A DNA stretch of 64,000 bases from the human T2T-CHM13v2.0 reference genome, Homo sapiens. A program made the position numbers and the translations under genes. The DNA is taken from assembly GCF_009914755.1 (NCBI RefSeq), contig NC_060929.1; one strand, written 5' to 3'. The notes beneath the pieces are model-generated. The model searched no databases, was not told where the DNA came from, and was given only the letters and a program-made list of their open reading frames with translations. How positions within the stretch are numbered: the first letter of the stretch is position 1; each line of letters opens with the position of its first letter. This document shows, piece after piece, positions 1 to 13,490 of this stretch.

Positions 1-807
1 CACATCTAGCCAACACTTGTAATATTGTTTCTATTGGAAAAATATGTTTCCACTTTCTTTTCTAGTGAACTCAGAGCTTAGGAGCTCAGTGGGCAGAGGC
101 GGGTAGAGGGAAGCTTCCTGGGAACCCCAGAAAGTGGTTCTGCGTGTTAGTCCCCAAGTGTTAAACACTCATGCTCTCTGTCTGTGGATCACTTGAGCTG
201 TTTAAAAGATGTCATATTTTTTTTTCTGTTTACTTCTAGTCAGAACTAGTCAATTGACTTCCATAATTAGCTTACCGTTTTCATAGGGAGGAAAGCACTG
301 ATACCTTTACTGTTTGTTAAAAGGTGTACAGAAAAAACTAATTGGAAAGTTGTGAGATGAATTTTTTAAAAAACAAATTACTTTCTTGGGAAAAGATGTA
401 TATATTTTAAAACTTTGCAAAGTATTTTATAAGAGTCAACTTTTTTTATTTGGCTTCAGATGTTGGAAGACCCTTGGCATTGTCATTCTGAACATTAACA
501 GCCATTCGCTTCAATTCAGGATATAATCAGGAACTCTCGATTTTTAATTTGTTTTAAGTATATTACTATCAACTTGTTTTATTGCTAATCATCTTTTAAC
601 TTTCTTTTGAAGGTGGATCTGGGAAAAAATCAATTTAGTTACATTTCAGTTAAAGGAAGTTATTTTTGTTTTTTAAACTTGTTCTACATTTGTGGGTACA
701 ATTTTATGGAGACATAATCTTCCTTGATTACACGTAGCTCTCCTTACTCTTTAAATTTGTACATTTAAAGTATGCTATTTAATACCTTCATTGACCATTT
801 TATATAG

Positions 808-982
<175 letters not shown>

Positions 983-1079
983 TAGTTGTAGTGCTTGCTT
1001 TGAAGACAGTTATGCATTCAGATCCCATCTCAGCCTCCTCCTGGGTTACCTGGATGACTGTCAGGCTCAAAGATGTTGA

Positions 1080-1190
1080 GTAACTTCCTCAATTTCCTTG
1101 TAGTAAAACTAGGAGTAATGTCTGTTGTAAAGTTGTAGTGAAGATTAGAAACAGTAGATGGAAAGTGCCTAGCATATGTTATTACTATTT
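1080..1190 (+). mobile_element. MIR fragment
   Basis: cctcaatttccttgtagtaaaact...gttgtagtgaagattag...aaagtgcctagca resembles the MIR core. Confidence 0.5.
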
Positions 1191-1596
1191 CTAGCAGCTA
1201 CCATTTACTGTTCAGATATTCTATTCCCTGCCCTCCACCCTGCCACCATCCATAGTGCAGTGCTGGGCATGTAGCAGGCCCTCTGAGCATTTTCCGTTGT
1301 CACATTGGTCACGTTATCTTGGAGAAAGCCATATTCAACTCCCATGCAGAATTGTGCTTCATGGACCTATTTCACTTTGCGTCAGGGTAGTGTGCCTGCC
1401 CTGACGGTGCTTTGTGGTGTGTCTCCTGTTTGAATCTCCCTGTTCTATCAGTGTGCTCTATACATGCCAGCCTTTCCATAAATGTTCACATTAAAATTCT
1501 CACCCTGGAGCCCAACCTTTTGGGGACTTTTAAAAATAGCAACATTTTGTGTTATTCACTTAATAAATTCATACTTGGGAAAAAAATGAGTCTTTG

Positions 1597-1814
1597 GGTT
1601 TTTTGTTTTGTTTTGTTTTGTTGTTTTCTTGTTTTTTGTTTGTTTTGTTTTGTTTTGTTTTCTTGAGATGGAGTTTCGCTCTTGTTGCCCGGGCTGGAGT
1701 GCAATGGTGCGATTTCGGCTCACTGCAACCTCCGCCTCCCGGGTTGAAGTGATTCTCCTGCCTCAGCCTCCCGGGTACTTGGGATTACAGGCGCCCACCA
1801 CCACACCTGGCTAA
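1597..1814 (-). mobile_element. 5'-truncated AluS (right arm) with (GTTTT)n tail
   Basis: Alu right-arm sequence; direct repeat AAAAATGAGTC at 1582-1592 and 1813-1823. Confidence 0.9.
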
Positions 1815-1987
1815 AAATGAGTCCCAAATTCTTCTTGGCTCCTCTAGTATGTATGCTTAGGAAGCTTGAAGATATTACATGCTGGCAGATCCTGGGGCCT
1901 CAAAGAGATGTTAATACTTATTGCTGTATCTGAGACTTTGGAAAATGTATGCTGATTTAATAAGTTGTAAAAACTTTAGACTTGTTC

Positions 1988-2304
<317 letters not shown>

Positions 2305-2792
2305 TGATTTTTAAATTGGTTGTTACGGATGCACATCTGTAATTCTATATAACAGTGCAGTTTGTCAAAATATGGTGAACTAATTTGGAGTTTGACAAGC
2401 TGCAACTTAGTTGACAATCACCCAATTCAAGGCCAGGTTTCAGAGCTTCTCTATACTGGACTCTGTTCTCTATGATGAAAAGCTGGGCTCTAGTAATTAG
2501 AGCAAGTAATACTTGCAGAATATTACCAGTGCAGGCAACAACTGTTAAGACAGGTCAGGATCTGAGCAGGGAAGGATCCTGCGTACTGGTCCTTAGCATT
2601 TGAACATGGGACTGTGGCTTCCTCCAGTACCTTGGATTGAAATCAGATGAAAATATAGTCAAATCACTTGAGATTTTTCTCTTTTAATTTCCTATTCTCT
2701 TTATCATTATAAAACATGTATTTTATCGCTACACATTCTCAGTCTTTCTGAATTTTTTTTTCCTTTAGTTTTACCTGTTACACTTTCCTGGT

Positions 2793-3184
<392 letters not shown>

Positions 3185-4956
3185 TAAATTATTATTAATT
3201 TTTTATGTTGGGGAGATGTCTTTCTCTTCAAGCAGGCAAATGTTAGTGCTTTGCTGATACTGTCAGCCACAGTAGAAATGTTTAAAGGGCCCTATTTTCA
3301 GAGTGATGGCTTCTTAGTAGAACTGGGACAGGGGTCTTCCTCTGTCTAGCAGAGTGCATTTCTCTGCCATGGGTTAGGTGGAAGTGGTGTGGGTGGGGCA
3401 TGTGTGCTCTGTGCACCTGCAGTACATGTGTTCTTGTTTCAGGACTTTGCTGCTTTTCACTTAAAGGTCTCATTTAGAATAAATCAATGAAAATAAATGT
3501 GTACATATGTGCACACCTACACGTACATATATATGGATGAAATTTGCTGTTGGTGCTTTTTCATTTCTCAGGTCTTTGAACTATGCCAAAAAAGCATACT
3601 GCTTTACGTTTAAGGGTTTTGTTTAATATTATATTATTCTTTAGGAGATTTGAAGAAATTTAGAAATAGGGCATCTTCCCTTGTATATTTCACTATTGGG
3701 CAAAACAACATTTCCGAAACAAAGTCTCTCAGTTTCTGTACCTCCTCCTACTCAAGGTTCCTGGTTCCCTCCTCAGTAGTACTGTGTTCTCAGACTGCCA
3801 AGCCAGGCACTCTAGCTGTTTGTCTCTGTGTTCTGTCTTGCCTTTCAGTATGGTTTAGTGGAATGAGTGCTAGGCACAGTCGGGAAATCTGAATTCTTAA
3901 GCTGGCTTTGTTCAAGTGATTTGAGCTTTATTACTACTCATTCCTAAGAACTCAGGAATAGCCTATTTCCTACCCCTAAACATCCTCAAACTTTTGTGTC
4001 TTTGTATGACTGTGCTTTCGGGGGAGGGCCTGCGTTCGTATGGCACCTGCCGGAGTGGTCAATCCTTCACCCCCACCCCTGCAACACCCTCTGTTGATAC
4101 TTCTAGGCATGAGATTATGGAACCGCTGGCATCATTCCTAAGTCATCATTAGGGCAGAGTTAACACTCACCGATCCTTATAGTCCCAAAAAAGGGGCAAA
4201 TTCTTATTAAAGCCCTTGTACTCCAGGTGTGGGTCTCCCGATGCAACGTGAAGTCAGAATCAGACATGTGTTCGCAATTCACCCCTTCACCAGGCACTTT
4301 CTGTGTGCTGAGCACTTCAGCTAGGTGTTTACTCTGGATGACAAGATAATGGGCTAGGCCAGCCCTCATGAGGGTGACCTCCAATTGTAGACTGGCAACA
4401 TTGCCAAGCACCCTCCATAACTGTGACATGATTCCAAAACACAACCTGTGTTGGTACTAACTTGTTTCAGAGACTGGTTCTAGAGTCTGAATTATTTAGT
4501 GAGACTTTCTGAGGAAGTGGGTTTGGATCCTTTATGGGATGTTTTTATAAACAGTATAATTCTCTTAATATATGTGGAAATAATGATGTCACACCTTTTG
4601 AGCCTGTGAAAACTGCAGTTTCTTGTTGTGTCTTTTTAAGGACATTTCCTTGCAGTTTATTATCAGTTATGTATAGCATCTCTACTTGGAAGAGATGGGA
4701 TACTACAGATTCTTGGTCAATGTAACAAACACTAGTTTTTGAAGAGAAATTTTAACAAAGGGAGTGTTTTCAGAAACTTTACCAGATTCCTTCTTTTTTT
4801 AAAATGAGTAATTATGGTCCTCACTTTAAATTTCAAAGGTATTGAAAATAGTTTGGGCAACTATTTATAATGCCCAAGATTCTGTTTAATATGTAGTTAT
4901 GTTCTTGGGATATGTGGATATATAGGTTTTTAATTAATTGTTATTTTTAACTACAG

Positions 4957-5210
4957 GAGCTCTTACCAAAGTCAAGGAGAGTAGGCGACACGTGGAGGAA
5001 GGGAAGATGGAGGTGCAGAAGGCTGACGGCATTCAGGATCGCTGTAACACTATTTCTTTTGCCACTTTGGCTGAAATTCACCACTTCCATCAAATTCGAG
5101 TGAGAGACTTTAAATCACAGATGCAGCATTTCTTACAACAACAAATAATATTTTTCCAAAAAGTTACCCAGAAGTTGGAAGAAGCTCTTCACAAATATGA
5201 TAGTGTTTAA
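4957..5210 (+). CDS. SNX18: Last coding exon of sorting nexin 18 (C-terminal BAR-domain helix), phase-1 acceptor
   Basis: Translation GALTKVKESRRHVEEGKMEVQKADGIQDRCNTISFATLAEIHHFHQIRVRDFKSQMQHFLQQQIIFFQKVTQKLEEALHKYDSV* matches the SNX9/18/33 BAR C-terminus and the SNX18 end as I recall it. Acceptor ttatttttaactacAG at 4955-4956; stop TAA 5208-5210 followed by TGA. The ORF-track start at 4938 is intronic. Confidence 0.95.
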
Positions 5211-7650
5211 TGACTGGACGTTGGATTATGGACTTTTTCAGTTCAAGGATAATTTCTACAGCAGAATAAAAACTGCTGTCAAAGAGCTATTGCCAGCTAT
5301 CAGTGGTGGTACAAGGACGGTTTTGTGTTCATCTGAAACCCAGCTGAATTTATAATTATGTAGGAAATAAACAGTTAATATGGTTATATAATAGAAACAG
5401 TACCACACATTGTAACTAAATTATACTATGTATGCCTACACTACCATTGTAACTTTTGGAATAATGATTATACTATTTGCCTTATTGCTTTTTGAAGTAT
5501 GGGTATTTTAGTGCATACTTTGTAGACCTCAAAACCCATGAAGGGTCTCAAAGAAGCTGGCTGGATACAAGCCTGCTGTGGATGCCTTTTTACTCTCATA
5601 GATTGGGATTACCTAAATTCAACCTATTCTCTGTTTACAAACTCCAACTAGAGCAGCTATGCGACCTTGTGCCTTTAGACTCTTGGTTTTTCATTTCTCC
5701 CCGTCCCTTCCCCACCTTTTTAAAGTAAGCCACAGCTTTTCTGATTGAAAGAGTGAAAGGCCAGTGCATATAATGACAAACTGATGATAACCTTATATTG
5801 GCAGTAGGGGGTGGGGGGGGCGGTGGGGTGGGACGATCAGCTGTCATCAATTTGCACAGCAAGTATTATCTCCTGATAAGATGCTGGTGAATGCAGGGGA
5901 GTGAGATTCATTGCTCATCTTTGGATATGAAGTCTGTTAGGGAAGAAACAGTGCCACTATTCCCTTAGATGCAACAGTAGCATAGCCTCTTCACCCAGGC
6001 GTCCCAAAAGCTTGGCGTGAAGATTTCAGCAAACATGTCTTACAACATGAGGAGGAGGAGTCTAAATCAGTCAGGGGATAAAAGTATCGAATCATTGACA
6101 ACACACACTTGGCTTTAGTTCTTAGGAGGGTTTTGTTTTTGTTTTTGTTTTTAGGTTGAAGATTTTCTTTTAATATTCAGTTTTTTGAAAAAAAATGGAT
6201 CTACACTGTTAACTGATTGAGACTCCACTGTGATTCACTTGTTTACTTAAAAACTTTTCAGGGATGTCTGTAAATTTCAGTGTTAATATGTCATGAAAAG
6301 TGGTGTGGATTGATCTAAGGAGGGACCAGAAATAATTTTTGCTATTCCAAATACTGAAGGAAAAAGATAATTGATTTATACTATGTTTTAAAAAAAAAAA
6401 AAGGTATTGATGAGCCCCCCCCCCCCCAGGACATTTAACCTTAAAATTTATTTTAAATGTATTCTTTTATTATTATAAGGGAAATACAGATGGCTGATAA
6501 ATACCAAAAAGATTCAAAAGCAGCTTAATTTAAAAAGCACAAAGAGATTCTGGCTTACAGTGCCCCAATCTCAATGTTTTTATAGTTGCTGAGCTAACTA
6601 ATGTGATTATTGAGTTTACAGATTTAAAAATTGTCACTGTTAGAGTATCTACTGTTTTTATGAAGTCAAACTTATGCTGCCTCAGAAATCCCTGGGTACT
6701 GAAATGGTAACATGGAAGTGAAGAGGTCACTTTGAAATATTGGTGAGTCACAAAGATTAAAGAAAAGGATCAGTTTGCAGATACTCAGAAAAGGTTATTG
6801 AAATAATTACTGAACAGCACATTTTCTCTCTAAAAAGTAGTTTCATATGGGTTGTATTTTTAAGATCAGATTATCATTTTGATATTTGGTCAAAATTTTG
6901 TACCTTAGGTTACTTAGAGCCAGATTTAACATCATGAACATTATGTGGCTTTGTCTTTACTACAGATATGTGGAACTGTAACCAAATATGTTGTCTCTAA
7001 AACTTGTTGATTGCAAAATACAGTTCTATAAACAAAACCCATATGTATATATAAATGTTAATTTTGCGGAAGTCTGGAAATTATAACTATAGCATTTAAG
7101 TTTGAGTCTGTATTGGACAAATAAGCACCATGCTTTTCAAATGATTTAAAAATTACTTTTATTTGCCTCTTTATTTTGATGGTGGTTGGATTTTTTTTTT
7201 TTAATAGTAAAATCACTAAACTTGTGCAATGGTAGCATGGAAATTATCTGAGGTATATTGTATGATTGTACTTTAGCCAGGGTGGACATAGCTTAAATTA
7301 TAAAAACTAAAGATGAAAGTACAAGGAAGTATAAGTTATACTTATGTAAGTATAAATTCATGCTGCCTACTTCTAAGAGAAATTTCATTCTTCATAACCA
7401 CATAACATTATAATGCCACTGATTCATACGGGATTTACATTAATTCTATGGGGGAGGACACTAGAATTATTAGTGTTCATTTTCATCTAAGATCTTTATT
7501 CTCTAACGTTCTTGGTCCTATTGAAACATTGCAGTATGCAAAACTACTGCAATGTTAAACCCAAGAGAAAAGCCATTATCATGTGTATGCTGGTCATCAT
7601 GATCAGTGTGGTACAATTTTTAAAAATAAACTATCATGCCCTTCATGCCA
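5211..7650 (+). other. SNX18: SNX18 3'UTR
   Basis: AU-rich stretch without recognisable interspersed repeats after the stop codon, ending at an AATAAA with a U/GU-rich downstream element. The 3' end is inferred. Confidence 0.8.
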
Positions 7651-7700
7651 TTATTTGTCTTTATTTCTATGATTTATAATCCTGATATGTGATGTGTTTG
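7625..7700 (+). terminator. Main polyadenylation signal and downstream element
   Basis: AATAAA at 7625-7630, CA at ~7649-7650, then ttatttgtctttatttct...tgtgatgtgtttgt. Confidence 0.75.
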
Positions 7701-9039
7701 TAACACAGGGTGTGCACTTGAGCCTGGTTTTACTGTTTTTATTAGACAGAGTTGTTTATATGCTGTAACTGTAACGCAGCGAGACTGGTTCTACAGCCAT
7801 GTGTCGTAATCTTGTTCCCCGTCCAAGCTGTTGTATCTGAAGGTACCCAGTTTGCACCCAGGATGAGGGAACGCATTCAAAAGTGAAATGTAAAGCCAGT
7901 GCACGAATATTATAGTAATTGAGATTTTCCCAGGCTTCACTGATACAGTTGTTTTGCATTTATTCACAATAATACAGCAGATTCTTAAATGCCGATTTTT
8001 AATTGTCTTAAATTTTGCTGCTGTTCTCATAATTAAGGACTTGAAAAATGTTTTAGTCTGTCAAGTATGTAAAGTTTGTGTAAAAACTTTTAAATGTCAT
8101 TCTTAAGTTCATTGCCATAGCCATTTTCCATTTATGTCTTCATTTTCCAAAAATCAAATGCCATGTCTGATACCTTTAAGTCCATAAGCATTCAATTTTC
8201 TCATTTCCACCTTCATCTTTGGTTAACAGAATAAGTAAAACAGGGTATTATTTATTTGTAGTCTAGAAATGTTGAATATTGTTTTATTTCCTTCAAAATG
8301 TTATGATTAGTGCAGATCAGCCATGTTTATCTTTTTAAAAAATAAACAGGTTGCTTTATTTCTTAGCTTCAATGGAATATAATTATTTTTTCTCCACTCA
8401 TCAAGGAGGCATTTATTTAATGTGAAGAATTACACAGAAAAATAGAAGAGCATGTTCTGTCTTGAGCTTCATCTGTAGTTACCATAGAAATTATTTATCA
8501 AACACTGTAGCTAATTTGATTAATTTAAAACCATCATCATTCAGATAGTCCCATGGAGTATCTGCTTCCATTAGTGACATCAGGAATTAAGCACATAGCA
8601 GTAAGTTGTGAGTGAGAGGTTTTGAAATAATAGCTCCCATGAGTCCAATACCTGAGACAGAAGCAGGTGCTTAAGTAAAGTACTTGACATACTGTCTGTT
8701 GGTTGCCATAAATAGGCGAACTCCAACACACATAAGCCAAAATATAATGGCTACGGGACCTGGCATATCTTGCAAGGGGCCAAAGTCCCATTTGGCAAAG
8801 CTTGCCCTCTTTGTGGGGCTTTGTAGTCTTGTATCTGCTTATCTTTACAGATTTGTTTTACATATATGTTTTTTCTCCTGGCCTGCCTTTCTTAGCATCT
8901 TGTAATGTCTAGAATGGCCTAGCCATCTTTTACTTCACAAATATACTTGGACCAGTGATGGACATCTGGACAAATCACCTACGGTTTGGGGAGGCTGTGA
9001 GAAGGAGAGCTACACTTAAAAGTATGCAAGAGAAGAAAG

Positions 9040-9200
9040 GACCTTTATCTGGTTATCCTCACAATGAACCTATGAGGAAGATAATATCTCTAGTTTATAG
9101 ATGAGTTAAAGAGATCAGTGAAGTCTAATTTCTTTTGACCAAGATCACACAAACTAAATGATGGAGCTGAGATTCAAATTGGGATCTGGCTCAAGCCTAT
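9040..9200 (-). mobile_element. MIR
   Basis: atcctcacaatgaacctatgagg...tatagatgag...ccaagatcacac...ggagctgagattcaaa. Confidence 0.65.
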
Positions 9201-10269
9201 TATTTTTAAACTAGATTACACTGAATGTGATTTCTCTGCTTTTCAGAAATCCCTAACATCTTCCCAAGTCTCCACTCCTGGAACGATAGAGATTCCATCA
9301 TTCTTTGGGCACTGGGCACAAAAGTACAAAGGGAACTTCCCAGAATCTGCTGTTTGCACCCATTTCTGCTGGGAAAGGTGAGAGTCTGTGCTGCTATGTC
9401 TGGTCTCTCAACAGAAGGTCTGACTGCAGTCTTACGTAGACTGGGAAGCATGCCAGATGTTACCTTCCAGTATTGTTATGAAGAGTGAGAGAAAGGGTCC
9501 AAAACTGACTGTTTCCCCTTCTCTCCAACTTTCACCTCCATGCAGTGCCAATAGAAGCACATTCCAGTTGCCATAACAATGGCCTTGGCAGAACCACAAG
9601 TCAAAAATTTGAACTCCAGTTGGTCAGAGTCAGGGTTACTCATGAGTACCACTTGGCCACAGGTGGGACTCAGGTGAGAGCAACAGAATTTGCTGAGTAA
9701 TAAGCTCTGGAGAGTTTGAAGAGTGGTGGGGTAGACTTCTAGGCAGCGTATAGAGGGATGCTGCTGTGCTAGGGCTCCATGGGCAGGAAACCAGAAAAAC
9801 CCAGCAGTGGAAGCCAGGCCTCTGAGGTGGGGGAAGTTAATCTGGGATTGGCTCATGGCTATAGCCTTTCCAGGGATCACAAGTCCTCCCTACTTGGCCC
9901 TGATCCCAGGATGTCTCAATCCTAACATCCCTGTGTCAGAGCTTCTCAAACTGCCTGCCTGTCTTAAAGGCCATTTCAGCTTCATTGAGTGACTTGTACC
10001 AGAAGCATGCCAAAGGCAAGACCAATTGTCCATGTGAAGCCACCTGCCAAGGGAGCTTAAAAACAAGGTGTGTGGTATTTTGTTGCTGTGTGTCCCATCA
10101 GCCTACCCTGGAATTGATCTCTAAGTCTGAAGTGGCCAGATGCATCAGACCTTATTTTTGCAGTGGTTTAAATTTTCTCTCACTCCAGGAAATGGCTCTC
10201 AGGATGGAATTGCTGAGTTGTTGAGCTTCTCTGCAAGCTGACCCAGCATATCAGTGAGAAAGGCAGCAA

Positions 10270-10580
10270 TTTGGAGCCAGAGACCTGGGTCAGATCCTAG
10301 TTGCTCCACTCTCTGACCTCAGGCAACTCACTAACCCAGCTCTGACCCTCAGTTTCCTCAATTGTATGATTGACTGACTTAGATTGTATTGAATTATTGA
10401 GAGTATTAGATAAACCACCATGTGAAGCCTTAACCATTTTGCAATACTCCCTCCATGACAGACATGGGAGATGATAACAATTTTAGAAGTAGATACTTAA
10501 TAAATGTTCTATTCCTGAACATCATGTGACCATGGGCTAGTCACTTAACGTGAGTCAGTTTTCTTATCTATAATGGGGTA
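10270..10580 (+). mobile_element. MIR fragments
   Basis: ggagccagagacctgggtcagatcctag...cctcagtttcctc and tgtgaccatgggctagtcacttaac...agttttcttatctataatgggg. Confidence 0.65.
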
Positions 10581-10582
10581 TG

Positions 10583-10916
10583 CAGTCATCCCTCAGTATC
10601 TGCAGGGCATTGGTTCCAGGACACCCTCAATCCCACCCCACTCCCTGCAGATAACAAAATCTGTAGATGCTCAAGTCATAGAATGGCATAATATTTTCAT
10701 ATAACCTATGCACGTTCTCCTGTATACTTCAGATCATCTCTTTATTCCTTGCCATGCCTAATACAATGTCAGGGCTATGTCAATAGTTGTTACACTGTTA
10801 TATTTTTATTTGTATTTTTTTGTATTGTTATTTCTTATTGTTTGAGGTGGAATATTTTCAATCGTCCATTGGTTGGATCCACAGATGTGGAACCCACAGA
10901 TACTGAGGGCCAACTA
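10583..10916 (+). mobile_element. MER2 (TcMar-Tigger MITE) inserted in a MIR
   Basis: Terminal inverted repeats CAGTCATCCCTCAGTATCTG...CAGATACTGAGGGCCAACTA, TA/TG flanks and internal MER2-like sequence. Confidence 0.88.
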
Positions 10917-12364
10917 TAGAATCCCCTTTGTGGACATATTGTGAGAAATGAATGGCAGGTGGAAAGCCCTGAGCCCAAGGCATTGACAGGAGGGATAGAG
11001 TAAAGACCCTCTGTGGTTATGTGAGAAAGGAAGAGCTGCAGTATTTAAATAATAAGAACATTGTGTCACCTGTACTATGGAAAATTAAGGAGTTCACCCT
11101 TGGGTCCCAGGTAGGCAGAGGTTCCTGCTTTAGCCCTGGTAACTTCACCTTCTGCCCACTTTGCCCACCTGGGTCACAGGACCAAACCCCATTCCAGCTT
11201 CTTGTCTTGCAGAGCCCTGGCACAGCATCCTTCTTACTCTGCCTGGAAACCTACTTCTCCACTGCTTCTCAGACCCACCAGCACCTCCTGTTAGGGTGGG
11301 GAGAGGCTCAGCTCTCCAGAGATGGCCCTTTGCAGCAAGGCAAAGGAGCCCTTGGTCTCCAAAAGCTAAGTGCTAATATGTTTAAGAATTTGTCCCGTAG
11401 CTCTAACTAGGAAGATCTGAAAAAGACAGCTCAGAACTTGTCTTTATTCACCAAATTAATAGTGGTTTTATTGAATTCTTTTCACATCCTGAAAATATGT
11501 ACTTGGGACCTAGGACAGAGAGAGGCAGCCTACTCTGTGTTCACGTCCCAACCCTGGCCTCGTGTTACATACAGACATTGTAAGATGATGGTCAATGTGT
11601 CACTCTGGGAAGTTGAATTTAGTGCCTCTGAGTGGCTTTTGGGGCAGCCATGCCCTGAATCAAAATATTAGTGTAGACCAAGTTTGATTAGGCAACTTGT
11701 TTGTTCCACTTTTGTTCAACCCAGCAGTTTTAAAAGAATGCAGAGTCTTAGTTCAAAATGGTTCCCTTTGCTTGAAAAATCTTAAAAACATTGGAGTGCA
11801 GTTCAGGATTTACCAAATTAAGGTTCAGCTTAAAGCTGATGGTGCTTCTGTTGGTGTTTGTTCAGAATCTGTATTTTTAGTCACTTTTTAAAAAATTACT
11901 TGGCTCCTGTTTGTGGACCCTTGTAAGCCAACTGAGTTACCCAGATGCTAACTACATATTCACATATGGCTATAACCTCCTGAGAGTGTCAGGTCCATAA
12001 GTCTGTGTTCTCTGTATGAAACAAAGGACCTATGGGGAAAGTGGAACCTGTAATTCCAGAGAAAAGGAGCTTTCTTCACAAATGTTGCTTTTTAGTGGCT
12101 CCTATCCCAGAATCAATGGAAAGAAAATTGGACCTTTTAGGTATTCATGCTGACAGGTGGTCTCATAACAAATTTCTCAGCTATCCAAAGGATGAAAAAC
12201 TGTAGGTATCTATCATTTTTAAAAAAAACAAGATGAGGAAGCTCTTCATATACCAATACAGAATTTTCCTAAGAAAATTAAATGAAAAAAAGAGGCAGAG
12301 AAATATTTGTACGCTACCCTTTGAGCAAAACAAAGCGAATGTGTTTGCTTATATATGCGGTAGA

Positions 12365-12703
<339 letters not shown>

Positions 12704-13374
12704 TAGCAAGGCAACATTGTTTGCTTTCAGGAATGGGAATGGGGGGCAGGAGAGAAACTTACTGTATTCCCTATTATCTCTTTTGAATATAAACGATTGA
12801 ATGTATTTCCTATTTTAAAAATAACGAAATGAATGTTAAATTTGACAAGGGGACTAGCAAAAAAAAAAAAGAAAAAAAAAGATGTCAAAAGGTGGGTGGA
12901 GCTGCAGCTCTGTGCCAACCCCTTCGAGACCTGGAAGTGAATTGTACAAGGCACAGGAAGAACTATCTTGTTTGGACAGTGGACTCAATGATCAAGTCAA
13001 TGTTCATTGTGTTACTTTGCAAAAATTCAACAGCATTGGGAAGCGGACTGCTAAGAGAATGTGTAATGTAGGCAGTAAAGACAAATGTCACTGGACCATA
13101 GTCTGTTGTTTTATATGGTACCGGGTATTCTTTTGTCTTCTGAACCAAAAATCCTTCTCCTCCTCCCTTCCCTGTGAAGCCTTCCATGAAACTCTAATCC
13201 CAGTGTCTTGTCCCTTCTCTGCACTCCGATCACTTTTGTGATGGCATTTTGCAACTAATTACGTAAGATCCTGGGCTAACATCATTTCTTTTTCTTACCA
13301 CATCGAGTGTTTATTTTGCTCTAGGAATGATACTGCCGTTACGTTCATTCTTTGATCTACGGAACTCTCCTACA

Positions 13375-13490
13375 AAACCATTTTACAAAGAAGGAAACAG
13401 GCTTATAGATATTCCATAATGGTCACATAAAGCGGCAGAGCTGGGAATTGAATGCAGTCACCTGACTCCACAGCTTGCGATCTTAATTCT
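13375..13490 (-). mobile_element. MIR
   Basis: ccattttacaaagaaggaaacagg...ggtcaca...ggcagagctgggaattgaa...ctgactcc. Confidence 0.65.

Noticed and set aside
4938-4956. ORF-track start MLFLTT as a stand-alone 90-aa gene
   Set aside because: The start is a TTG inside the splice-acceptor tract; the reading frame is a spliced terminal exon.
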